Source: an uncultured virus (IMG/VR IMGVR_UViG_3300034019_001883)
Lineage: Duplodnaviria > Heunggongvirae > Uroviricota > Caudoviricetes
IMG/VR virus record: IMGVR_UViG_3300034019_001883
Coordinates: 1 to 64,000 of that record
DNA: 64,000 bases
Direction: 5' to 3' (one strand)
The position numbers and the translations under genes are program-made. Below, piece by piece: positions 55,339 to 64,000 of this stretch (position 1 is its first letter; every line of letters starts with the position of its first letter). The notes beneath the pieces are model-generated. The model had not been told where the DNA came from. It was given only the letters and a program-made list of their open reading frames with translations, and did no database searches.

Positions 55339-56463
55339 ATGAAAATCTATACCCTTGCCGGGGTGCCCTATGTCCCGGTGGTGACCACTAGCGGCATTGT
55401 CTTGAGGAAGGCGGGCAAGCGATCGCCCGCCCCAGGACAACTAGGATTATTTGACGCTCAACACCAGCAGGGTGAGACCCGCACTAACCAAGCGGGCCAT
55501 CAGGAGGTATTGCAAGGCGGACGGTGGCACCTAGCCGACAAGCCTGGACCGGCTCAGCAACAGCCAGCACAGCCACAGCAACAACAACAAGCGCAACAGC
55601 CAGCACAACCACAGCAGTCAGCGCCCACCATGGAAAGCCTCCATACCCTGCACCAACAGGTTACCCAAACCCATGGGATAGCGCCTAGTCAAAACGATCC
55701 ATTAACAGCGATCGCGTCAGAAGCATTGCTTAACACAGCTTCCCCTGAGTCAGCCCAATTTGTCCAGTTTCTAAAACAGCTAGACAATCCAGAAACATTT
55801 TTGGAGTTAATTAACTCAGGGGAAACGTCTGACAAGCAACTAAGGCTAAAAGAGGCCAAAGCGCAAAAAATCGTCAGTTTGTTTGATCAATTCGGTGTTA
55901 ACGAATCCAGTGAAGTATGGGACTTGATCGACAAGGTGCCGGGAATGCTTGAAGCCAACGTCCCCCCTGAGCAGCCGCACTTCAAGCCAATTTTTGACTT
56001 AATCAGCCAAGCTGCCGCCGGGCTGGAAGAATTGCAAAATTACGACCTCAACCCTAAATCCCTGGCGCTGGAGTACGCCCAGGAGTACAGCAAAAGCGAG
56101 CTTAAAAGCTTTCGCAGGGAGATGGAACAAGATATGGCAAGCGAAACCGACCCGAAAGAACGGCGCGAATATGAGCTAAACATCAAGCTTGCTGACAATG
56201 TTTTAGAAAATTACCCGGCAATTGATAAGGAGCTTAGGAAAATCCGGGATATAGGCGATCGCATGCCTGACGAATTTTTCGACCATGACACCGCTGATGG
56301 TGCCAAGCGAAACTTGGCAATGATTCAAACTGCCATGACTCCATCGGCTCGTAACATCGGCAAGATACTCCTTTCCTGGGCAGATGACGATGTTGACGCA
56401 GAAAAGGCTGAAGCCGCTGAGAAAGCCTATGACCATTATTGGCAGCAAGCCTCCCAAAGCTAA
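55339..56463 (+). CDS. Leader-bearing protein with acidic helical cargo
   Basis: MKIYTLAGVPY...GIVLRKAG..GQLGLF leader; Gln-rich linker; interrupts the baseplate J-I order. Confidence 0.75.
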   Translation: MKIYTLAGVPYVPVVTTSGIVLRKAGKRSPAPGQLGLFDAQHQQGETRTNQAGHQEVLQGGRWHLADKPGPAQQQPAQPQQQQQAQQPAQPQQSAPTMESLHTLHQQVTQTHGIAPSQNDPLTAIASEALLNTASPESAQFVQFLKQLDNPETFLELINSGETSDKQLRLKEAKAQKIVSLFDQFGVNESSEVWDLIDKVPGMLEANVPPEQPHFKPIFDLISQAAAGLEELQNYDLNPKSLALEYAQEYSKSELKSFRREMEQDMASETDPKERREYELNIKLADNVLENYPAIDKELRKIRDIGDRMPDEFFDHDTADGAKRNLAMIQTAMTPSARNIGKILLSWADDDVDAEKAEAAEKAYDHYWQQASQS

Positions 56464-56544
56464 CCACCGCGAACCCCGTTAAAATAGGCAGTAAATTGCG
56501 CTCCTTATCTCCTTCGGGTTCTGCCATTGGCGGAACCCATTTTT

Positions 56545-58029
56545 ATGGCAACCCCTGTTAACCCTGCCTACCAACTAGACGCCTTCCAGGAATTTGAGCG
56601 GCACCTACCGCCCACCTGGTTTCGGCAATTGCACCAGCGACAGGGACCGCTTTACCCAGTGGTATGGGCACTCTGTGGCGCGATCGCGGGCGCACGGGAG
56701 TCCATCGACTCAGCGCGATCGATGGCGATACCGCAAACCTCAGAAGGCTTTTGGCTATCGCTACACCTATTAGGGCTAGGGCTAACCCGCCGTAGTGCTG
56801 AGAGCGACGCTCAAGCCCGCACCCGATACCGCCTTGAATTTAGCCAGTCTCGCAATACCCGCCAAGGACTCCAGCTATCGCTGACCACCTTCAGTGGACT
56901 ATCCGCCAATGAGCTACGGCTAGAGACAGCCTTTTCAGAAGGGCGCTACGGTGAATTATCCTTAGTCGTTGATACCACCGACCCGTGGTTTGATATTGAT
57001 TGGTGGTGGCTAGAGGACCTATTTACTAAGCGCGTTGCCAATGGCATCAACTACAAGGCATCTATCACCGCCCAGGGGCTAGAGACAGTCGCCCTGCCGC
57101 CCTGGGACTATTACACCCGTTTCCCTACCTCCACGGACCTATTAGCGCCCTTCTGGCAGCGACCCGCCTTCATTAATGAGCTGCGCATCATTGACAGTGA
57201 CTTGTTGCTCGAAGAGGTAGTTAGCCTTTCGCTAGGTAGCTATAGCCTACCGGCCAGTGCCGATGCCCTGGACCTACCCGCCAGTGCCGATAGCTACGAC
57301 CTGCCGGTGACCATCACCGCGATCGCGCTCACCCCGACCGCTATCAGCAATAGTCCCTTCTCTCGTAATGTGCTGGGCTTCATTTGCCGCACCAATTGGA
57401 ATAACCATAGCCTGCGGTTAGCGGAGCTATGGCGCAACCTAGCCTATACCCAGCAGCCGGGGCAACCCTTTTTCTATGTCGGTGAGGATAACGACTGCTC
57501 TTACTTGGTGGTTGATACCATCACCCTACCGACACCTCCCTTTGTGGGCGATACCGCTGATGACCTATTTGGTTACGGGCCATGGCGATTGGCGCTAGGC
57601 AATAGCACCGCGGTAGCAACCACTATCACAAGCCCGATCGCGACTTTACCCCTAGCTGGACAATGGTGGACCGATGGCGACGTGGAGGAGCGATCGCCGG
57701 TGCCAATCATCGAGGCAGGTGTCCGCTACCTAATGCTGGAATTTCTATTGCCCAAGACCAGCACCGGGACAACAATCCGACAGTTAGAACTACTCCTGGG
57801 CTACGACCAGACCAGCTATGACGTCGTACTGGACTGGAGTTTGCCAAGTAGTGCAGATGAATGGCTAGTGTCCCTCGAAAACCAATGGTTTCTGACAGCC
57901 GGCGAGGACAATGATGCCTTGACGCCTAACCTGCCTAGCCGTAGCAGCATCCATTACCGCACTGTCAACTTGACGGTGCCACCTGATGTGAATACAGCCT
58001 TTTTATTGTTGCTGGAGTATAGCCCGTGA
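56545..58029 (+). CDS. Baseplate I/gp48-like wedge protein with extension
   Basis: HLPPTWF..., T.EG.WL..., RR..ESD...R.R motif. Confidence 0.65.
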   Translation: MATPVNPAYQLDAFQEFERHLPPTWFRQLHQRQGPLYPVVWALCGAIAGARESIDSARSMAIPQTSEGFWLSLHLLGLGLTRRSAESDAQARTRYRLEFSQSRNTRQGLQLSLTTFSGLSANELRLETAFSEGRYGELSLVVDTTDPWFDIDWWWLEDLFTKRVANGINYKASITAQGLETVALPPWDYYTRFPTSTDLLAPFWQRPAFINELRIIDSDLLLEEVVSLSLGSYSLPASADALDLPASADSYDLPVTITAIALTPTAISNSPFSRNVLGFICRTNWNNHSLRLAELWRNLAYTQQPGQPFFYVGEDNDCSYLVVDTITLPTPPFVGDTADDLFGYGPWRLALGNSTAVATTITSPIATLPLAGQWWTDGDVEERSPVPIIEAGVRYLMLEFLLPKTSTGTTIRQLELLLGYDQTSYDVVLDWSLPSSADEWLVSLENQWFLTAGEDNDALTPNLPSRSSIHYRTVNLTVPPDVNTAFLLLLEYSP

Positions 58030-60227
58030 GCCTGAATGTTTACCGTCATGCCCGGGACTTAGCGATCCTTTGGCTGGGGCAGCAGTCTGATACCGATAGC
58101 CGGGTGCCGACCGCCGAGGAATTGGCGGCGACCGAGGATATTATCCGCAGCCATGTCAGTGCTACCCGGCGATCGCGTCCCAATGGGTTGTTGAACCGTC
58201 CCACCTTCACCGGCGGCAGCCAGACGGTAACCCTATCCTCCCTATCGCCTTGGCTCCATAGCCACCCTGGGTTAGCTACTATCTCATCGACGGCGGTGGA
58301 GCTACCACCTTTAACCAGTGGCGCTGTTGTCAACCGCTACGACTACCTTTACCTGGTGGCCATGGCGGTACAGGTGGGCACCGCCCAAGATGCTAACGTA
58401 GCGCTTACGTTTCAATGGCGCAGCGGCAACCTATTGCAATCAGTCACCCGTGAAAATACGGCACGACTGCGTTCTGTCTATGGCATTTGGGTATCCCAGG
58501 GGGAGATGAGTGCAGCCGCGATCGCAACGGCGATCGGCAACAGCATTGCTGTCTCCACCTCAGCACCGCTTATCTATGGCAACAGTCGCCTTTACCTGAG
58601 TGATACCGCCCTGGCTGATGGCGTCACCTACGCTATCAATGGCACGCCGGAGGTAATTAGCCTATTGCGAGCATGGCGGGTACAGGGCAATACCATTGAC
58701 GGATGGCAATGGGGGCCAACGGAGCAACCGCTGGAGGCCGCCATTCACTTGCAGCCAACCTATCGCTATGTAGGCGACGGGTGGGACAATTGGCGCGATC
58801 GCTTGCAAGAAAGCGTCTATCGACTAATGCGCGGCGAACCCTTGCAGAACGCACCAACCCAGGCAAGAGGTGTTTATAACTTGCTCAACGGGCAAGTGGG
58901 CAGCAATACGGCAGCGCCAGGGGTGGCAACCACCTCCCCCAATGGCTCGACGATGCTGGCCAATGAGCAGCGCATTACCTTCACCAATGAGGCGATCATT
59001 CAGACCACCTACGCGATCGCGCTAACCACGACCAGTGATGGCAGCAGCCCAGCTAAGGCACAGGCGACCATTAACTTTGCTGGCAATTCACCCACCGGGG
59101 CCACCTTTGCCAGTAGCGGCCATGCCATCTTTGATGGCACCGGCGCTAATATCAGCGCCAATGGTAGCTTTACCGGCGGTGGTGGCACCGCCGCCCTAAC
59201 CTGGACGGCAACGACAGCCGGAGCGCCTGCAGTTGGCACGACGCTTTACTTGGTTCCCGCCATCTCCTACCCAGCAGGTTCAGGGTTACCCGTCTGTGGA
59301 GCAATTGAAAAAGTCTACCTAAATGGCACCGCCCTGAGCCCTGCCAACGTGCGGGAGTCAGACATTACGGGCTATGCCAACCCGGCGGCGGCGGAGACTT
59401 ACATTGTGGTGATGAACCGCAACAATGCAGCCGTTCAGTGGATTTACCGCAAATTTACAGTTACCTCCAGCGGCTCCGGCATCGTCACCCTACCCAGTGG
59501 CGCCCGGGGCGCGATCGCCTGGATTAGTGGCACCAATGCCCCCACGACGCGCCAGGATGCGCCGGTCATCACCGGGCTAGCCAATAGCAGCGAGTATTCT
59601 ATCCTGTGCTACCATGCACCGCCCGCTAGTGAGCAATGGCAATTTCAGCTATTGTCTCCCGCCTATGCTGGCACCTTAGATCGGGCTTGGCTGAATGGCG
59701 CACGGGTGACGACGGCCCCCATGGCGATCGCTCACTCGCTTGGCGGCGGCACTACCTTTAACCCCCCTAGCCGTCCATTGCCGGATGGTGATGTAGCGGG
59801 CCATTGTGTCGCTTGGCGGTTGCCGCGCAATGGTGAAGCGTTAGCGGTGGCTGACCATACCCTTAATGCTGAAATCAACCTAGGTGGGTTATTTAGCCGT
59901 AATGCGCCCTTTGTTGTTTTCCCCGTCTCTACGCCAGAGGCAGGTTTAGCTGGGCTACGGCCCGGGCAGGTGGTAAGCGTCACCAACCTGGTTGCCACCT
60001 ACCCGCGATCGGTGGCGGCAACGCTAACTGCCAGAGGCACTGCGATCGGGGTATTTAAGCCAACCCTTAGCAATAGCAAGGCGTACCAATTGGTGATCTT
60101 TTGCGGGTTAGAAAAGGACGGCGACCATCGGTTTTTGGTGCTTACCTTCAACGGTAGCGGCAACAGCCTAGCGGCAAGCACCGATAGCACTGGCTATGCC
60201 GGGATTGATGTTTTTAGGTATTACTAA
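58026..60227 (+). CDS. Baseplate/tail-fibre structural protein
   Basis: 733 aa, Thr/Ala/Gly-rich; NRYDYLYL; after wedge genes. Confidence 0.6.
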   Translation: MSLNVYRHARDLAILWLGQQSDTDSRVPTAEELAATEDIIRSHVSATRRSRPNGLLNRPTFTGGSQTVTLSSLSPWLHSHPGLATISSTAVELPPLTSGAVVNRYDYLYLVAMAVQVGTAQDANVALTFQWRSGNLLQSVTRENTARLRSVYGIWVSQGEMSAAAIATAIGNSIAVSTSAPLIYGNSRLYLSDTALADGVTYAINGTPEVISLLRAWRVQGNTIDGWQWGPTEQPLEAAIHLQPTYRYVGDGWDNWRDRLQESVYRLMRGEPLQNAPTQARGVYNLLNGQVGSNTAAPGVATTSPNGSTMLANEQRITFTNEAIIQTTYAIALTTTSDGSSPAKAQATINFAGNSPTGATFASSGHAIFDGTGANISANGSFTGGGGTAALTWTATTAGAPAVGTTLYLVPAISYPAGSGLPVCGAIEKVYLNGTALSPANVRESDITGYANPAAAETYIVVMNRNNAAVQWIYRKFTVTSSGSGIVTLPSGARGAIAWISGTNAPTTRQDAPVITGLANSSEYSILCYHAPPASEQWQFQLLSPAYAGTLDRAWLNGARVTTAPMAIAHSLGGGTTFNPPSRPLPDGDVAGHCVAWRLPRNGEALAVADHTLNAEINLGGLFSRNAPFVVFPVSTPEAGLAGLRPGQVVSVTNLVATYPRSVAATLTARGTAIGVFKPTLSNSKAYQLVIFCGLEKDGDHRFLVLTFNGSGNSLAASTDSTGYAGIDVFRYY

Positions 60228-60607
60228 TGGCCACATACACTGTCGAAAATGGTTACAAAAAGCTGGTCCTAGACGACGCGTCCAAGGTGGATGTTGTCGC
60301 TCCCTTGTCGCTCGACGAAGGACAATTTGTCCGACTTATCCCGGCTCAGCTAACAGTCCTCAACAATATCAAGACCGGCGTTGATACCCTCAACGCGGCA
60401 ACCGGTGCCAACGATGCTCAGCTTGTCCTTAATGCTGAAGACCTGGCGATCGCCTACACCTACAACGACCCTGGCACCGCCAACCAACGCATTGCCACCG
60501 TCGTCTATACCAGCACCAGTGCGGGGCATACGGTGACTGACACCTACGCCTATGCCGGTAGTGCCCCCAACTATTACCTGACCTCTATCACCCGAGTAAC
60601 CACCTAA
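60227..60607 (+). CDS. Small tail-associated protein
   Basis: TAATG coupling; Thr/Tyr-rich. Confidence 0.6.
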   Translation: MATYTVENGYKKLVLDDASKVDVVAPLSLDEGQFVRLIPAQLTVLNNIKTGVDTLNAATGANDAQLVLNAEDLAIAYTYNDPGTANQRIATVVYTSTSAGHTVTDTYAYAGSAPNYYLTSITRVTT

Positions 60608-60609
60608 CC

Positions 60610-61893
60610 ATGGCTTTTAACTTTGGGGATATTCCCCTAATCCTGCAAGAACTACGGCGTTATTTCGCTAGCAAAGCCCAGGGGACACTGGCCGATAGTG
60701 CTCTCCAACCCGGCGCGATCGGCTCCACCGTCCAAGCCTATGACGCGGACCTCGCCGCCGTTGCCGCTATCACCACCACCGGGGGCATTAAGCGTACTGG
60801 CGCTAATACCTGGACTACATTCCCCCTCACCAATGCCGGGGAGGCGGTGACAGGGGCCGCTGATGCCGCCGCCCAACGGACCGCACTGGGGTTAACTATT
60901 GGCTCTAATGTTCAAGCCTGGGATGCGGACCTGGATGCGATCGCCGCCATCTCGACCACCGGACCTATCGAACGGACTGGGGCAGGTACTTGGGCGGTCA
61001 GCGATCGGGTGAGGTTGTTTGGCGGCAATGGACGGGGGACCAATACAGACTTTAGTACTACTGGTAATACAACCCTTGCCGAAGGGTTGTATTATTTCCG
61101 CAATTTCACCGTCAATACTGGCCACACCGTCACTATCAACGGGTTTGCTCGCATCTATTGCAGTGGCACCTTTACGGTACAGTCGGGGGCAACCATTACA
61201 GTTGGTATTGCCACAAGGAACACAAGCTCAGCGCCTGGATACAGCGGCGCGGACCTCAGATATTTTGGCGGGGAAGGAACATGGGGACCATCTTTTGCTT
61301 ACAGCCCCCACTTATTCCCTGCTGGCGGAGCAGGCGGATCTGGGTTCAGCCGAGTTGTTAACGGCACAATCAATAATATTGCCTTAGGAGGAAATGGCGG
61401 AGGTTCAATATGGATAGAAGCCAATGACGCAATCTCCGTCAACGGAACTATTACCGCAATAGGAGGCAATGGTACCGCAATCAGTTCTGGCAGTGGAGGG
61501 TATCTTTCCGGTGGCGGTGGTGGTGGCAGTGGTGGCGCTATTATGCTAACCAGCCTTGCTAGTATCACTATCGCCTCAGCCGCTACGTTATCGGTCAGAG
61601 GCGGCGATGGCGGAAACGGGGTTTTGAACATAGGAAATTCCAGGGGCTATGGCGGTAGCGGTGGGGGTGGCGGATGGGTATGGCTAACCGCGCCTACCGT
61701 AACAACGACTGGCTCAACCATCACCCTGTCTGGCGGCAGCGCCGGCGTAACTGCTAGCAACGGAACGGTAGGCGCAACTGAAGGTAGCGGCTATGGCGGA
61801 TCGTTTGGAGGCTTAGGTGGATACACTGCCAGCGACGGAGCCAGTGGTCAGTCCGGCATCTTGGTCACTCGAACCTATAAGGCGGTAGCATAA
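60610..61893 (+). CDS. Tail fibre protein (Gly-rich C-terminal domain)
   Basis: AQG.LADSALQ, two VQA(Y/W)DADL.A.AAI.TTG repeats, GG.GGG motifs. Confidence 0.8.
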   Translation: MAFNFGDIPLILQELRRYFASKAQGTLADSALQPGAIGSTVQAYDADLAAVAAITTTGGIKRTGANTWTTFPLTNAGEAVTGAADAAAQRTALGLTIGSNVQAWDADLDAIAAISTTGPIERTGAGTWAVSDRVRLFGGNGRGTNTDFSTTGNTTLAEGLYYFRNFTVNTGHTVTINGFARIYCSGTFTVQSGATITVGIATRNTSSAPGYSGADLRYFGGEGTWGPSFAYSPHLFPAGGAGGSGFSRVVNGTINNIALGGNGGGSIWIEANDAISVNGTITAIGGNGTAISSGSGGYLSGGGGGGSGGAIMLTSLASITIASAATLSVRGGDGGNGVLNIGNSRGYGGSGGGGGWVWLTAPTVTTTGSTITLSGGSAGVTASNGTVGATEGSGYGGSFGGLGGYTASDGASGQSGILVTRTYKAVA

Positions 61894-62399
61894 TGTTTTT
61901 CTTCGTTGACCAAGACAATCAAATTGTTGGTTATTGCAATGACGAAAGCGTCGGCACTCCGACTGGCTTTTCCTTGGTCGAAGGGCCAGACGCTAGCCGC
62001 GACGACCTCTATTACGACGGCACCGCCATTCAGCTAAAGCCCGATCGCCCCAGCGATACCGCCTATTGGGACAACACCACCAACACCTGGCAGGAGCCAC
62101 CCCCGCCTCCACCCGCGCCAGTGCTGCCCAACTGGGGCAACCTCGCCGATCGCTTGGTGGCTGACATCGACATCCTCGCCATCTTGGCCACTAACCCGTT
62201 ATTCCCTGCCTTGGTGGGCCGCCTGCAAACCCTGCGCAATGGTGGCGCCATGGGTGACCCGGAACCTTTGATAGCGCTCTGGAACCACCAGTCCTATAGC
62301 TTCACTGAGGCACAGCTAGATACCCTCAGCGCCATGGCCGAGGATGAGCATATCCCGCTAGCGATCACAGCGGAGGGGATGTTAGCAGCTACGTCTTGA
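61893..62399 (+). CDS. Tail fibre assembly chaperone-like protein
   Basis: After fibre; Y.DG......P.RPS....WD.....W motif. Confidence 0.7.
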   Translation: MFFFVDQDNQIVGYCNDESVGTPTGFSLVEGPDASRDDLYYDGTAIQLKPDRPSDTAYWDNTTNTWQEPPPPPPAPVLPNWGNLADRLVADIDILAILATNPLFPALVGRLQTLRNGGAMGDPEPLIALWNHQSYSFTEAQLDTLSAMAEDEHIPLAITAEGMLAATS

Positions 62400-62583
62400 A
62401 GTAGCGCCAGGTGCCGATCGCACCCCCCGCGATCGCGGCAAGGCCAGCGGCAAGCATGATTACATCCCCAGCGCGAATTTGCGCCAACATTACTAAAAAG
62501 ACCCCATAGCCTAGGCTGTGGGGTCTTTGCTTTGACCATTCAAAAGCCGCCTGGATGGCGGCCAACACCCGCATTAAAGTCAT
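62389..62583 (-). CDS. Small two-TM membrane protein
   Basis: Hydrophobic segments; ATGA coupling. Confidence 0.55.
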   Translation of the reverse strand: MTLMRVLAAIQAAFEWSKQRPHSLGYGVFLVMLAQIRAGDVIMLAAGLAAIAGGAIGTWRYFKT

Positions 62584-63155
62584 TGAGCAAGCGACCTAGG
62601 AGAACTGCCTGTCATACTAGCATTATTGCTACTGGCTAGCAGGCGACCGTAGAAATGGGTGCCGTGGAAGAAGGCTTCTGGCCCCACCACGTTCAGCCAG
62701 ACTGGAAAGGCGCTAATCGCCCAAAGCGATGGCACGCCAAAAGCAAGCATCGACGTCCTCAGGTTGTACGAGTACGCCCAGAAGCCGCCATAACCCAGGG
62801 CCAGTACCACCGCTATAGTAACCACGGTCCTCAAGGACCGGCTGACCACGTTGTCCGAGCTGAGCCGCTTGATTTCGCCATAGGCCAGCGGTAGCCCCTG
62901 GGGGTGGAAGGCAATGCCACTGATCACCAAGCACAGCAAGTCAGTCGCGATCGCACTACCGTAGCGAGCGATCATCCCCTCCATGCCCGCCCGGGCGGCC
63001 ACTGGGGTAAAGTCTACCGTCGCCGCCGCCTTGGCGACTGCACCAATCCCCACTGCCGAATAGTGGATATTGGTGGCCATCAACAGGGCAGCGATCGCCA
63101 GGGCGCCGTAGTTCAGGCTACGGCTAATCATTGGGTTGCGGCCTATCGCGGTCAT
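62580..63155 (-). CDS. Multi-TM membrane protein
   Basis: About four hydrophobic segments; ATGA coupling. Confidence 0.65.
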   Translation of the reverse strand: MTAIGRNPMISRSLNYGALAIAALLMATNIHYSAVGIGAVAKAAATVDFTPVAARAGMEGMIARYGSAIATDLLCLVISGIAFHPQGLPLAYGEIKRLSSDNVVSRSLRTVVTIAVVLALGYGGFWAYSYNLRTSMLAFGVPSLWAISAFPVWLNVVGPEAFFHGTHFYGRLLASSNNASMTGSSPRSLAQ

Positions 63156-63799
63156 GATTTTACGTCCTTTATCAACGAAATAATCCGGTTATACTTTTCA
63201 GTCCCTTTGGACTGACCAAACACCACAGTGACGATCTTGTTTTGACTAACCCCTGCTGTTATCGCCCGCTCCACCCAAACAGACGCATTAACCAACGCCT
63301 TGCGATCGCGATAATTAGTAACCTGAGCAGGCGGTAAATGCACTGGAAAAAAGCATTTGTTTTGCTCCAACCATTCGTTAGGCGGTAGTGTTTCCACCTC
63401 ACTACAACCGGTTGCTCCACCGGTTGTACAACCAGTTGCTACAACCGGTTGTAATGCTGGTTGCACCAAGGTTTCAGGGGCATGTGAGGGGGTAGGCTCA
63501 GGGGCGGTTGCAGGTGAGTCTATGCCTACCCAGGGGTAACGCTCGATCGCTTCTATTTCTTCTTTTGAATACTTACGATCTAACTCATCCCAAAATTGCT
63601 TAGACGCCGTTGCCCGCACTGGCGGCTTCTCCACTTCAACCCTAGCAGTAGCCATGGCTGGACTTGCTAGCCAGGGTGAACCCTCCCCGCCTGTTCTCGC
63701 CACCAATTCCAGCTGCTCCCGCTCGTTGTCCCATTGCGCAAGCTTAGCGGCGCCAACACCTAGAGCAAGGAAGAAAAAGAAAGCGATCGCGTTACCCAT
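63152..63799 (-). CDS. Membrane-anchored protein with possible C-terminal HTH
   Basis: MGNAIAFFFFLALGV anchor; GVSQNKIVTVVFG..KG...Y C-terminus; GGAGG RBS. Confidence 0.65.
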   Translation of the reverse strand: MGNAIAFFFFLALGVGAAKLAQWDNEREQLELVARTGGEGSPWLASPAMATARVEVEKPPVRATASKQFWDELDRKYSKEEIEAIERYPWVGIDSPATAPEPTPSHAPETLVQPALQPVVATGCTTGGATGCSEVETLPPNEWLEQNKCFFPVHLPPAQVTNYRDRKALVNASVWVERAITAGVSQNKIVTVVFGQSKGTEKYNRIISLIKDVKS

Positions 63800-63815
63800 A
63801 TGCACCCTCCAACCC

Positions 63816-64000
63816 TTAACTACCGGCAATCACCGCCACCAACACACCGAAAAACAATCCGGCAATAATCATTACCCCGCCGCCCTCGCCTGCCGTCTGG
63901 CTGACGGTGATATTAGGGTTTGACTCAACGTAGATATGCTGTGGCTGTTGGGGCTGCTGCTGTTGGGCCATCATGGCCGCCAACAACGCATCAGAACGCT
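63816..64000 (-). CDS. Partial CDS with C-terminal TM helix
   Basis: ...QQQQPQQPQHIYV...VMIIAGLFFGVLVAVIAGS*. Confidence 0.55.
   Translation of the reverse strand, partial: RSDALLAAMMAQQQQPQQPQHIYVESNPNITVSQTAGEGGGVMIIAGLFFGVLVAVIAGS

Larger units (their letters stand above)
1..64000. mobile_element. Cyanobacterial myophage/prophage segment
   Basis: Head, contractile tail and baseplate modules; frequent HIP1 octamers; no host housekeeping operons. Confidence 0.9.

Noticed and set aside
47639..55545. Diversity-generating retroelement TR/VR pair (also 18776/26884)
   Set aside because: Mismatches are mostly synonymous and not adenine-specific, both copies are coding, and no reverse transcriptase is in the window.
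36857..62399. Extracellular contractile injection system or tailocin
   Set aside because: Capsid, scaffold, protease and neck genes are linked, so a complete myophage is more parsimonious.
1..64000. tRNA, rRNA, integrase, terminase, portal or holin genes
   Set aside because: No recognisable motifs or cloverleaf found by eye; these may lie outside the window. A tRNAscan/HMM search would be needed to exclude them.

Overview
This is a 64-kb segment of a cyanobacterial myophage or prophage. It has dense HIP1 GCGATCGC sites, a group-2-like sigma factor, and NblA-like and DUF6464-like genes. Portal, terminase and integrase are not visible. Order: accessory/virion genes and two large SNF2/strawberry-notch helicase-like proteins (1-21.1 kb, with a PD-(D/E)xK nuclease, Dam-type MTase, sigma factor, Dps fusion, kinase-like protein and MuF-like protein); an early operon (21.4-25.7 kb: PatX-like RGTGR peptide, SSB-like, NblA-like, degenerate HAD, DnaN clamp, DpdA-like); prohead protease-scaffold-major capsid (26-30.7 kb); neck, sheath, tube, frameshifting chaperone and tape measure with lysozyme; baseplate and fibre genes (to 62.4 kb); and convergent membrane-protein genes. 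The most striking unexplained structure is a modular leader repeated in about 7 scattered ORFs: an aromatic motif ending G-I-V-L-R-K-A, then QLGLF, then a short 'G.T...NG..Y.LN...RW' module. It is fused to unrelated cargo (Dps, kinase-like, ART-like, helicase, unknown) and shares an [LFM]-x-K-[AS] motif with the capsid protein, scaffold and protease. I infer a capsid-loading, protease-release and clamp-docking system for shuffled injected effectors. All product calls come from motif recognition by eye; no database searches were run.
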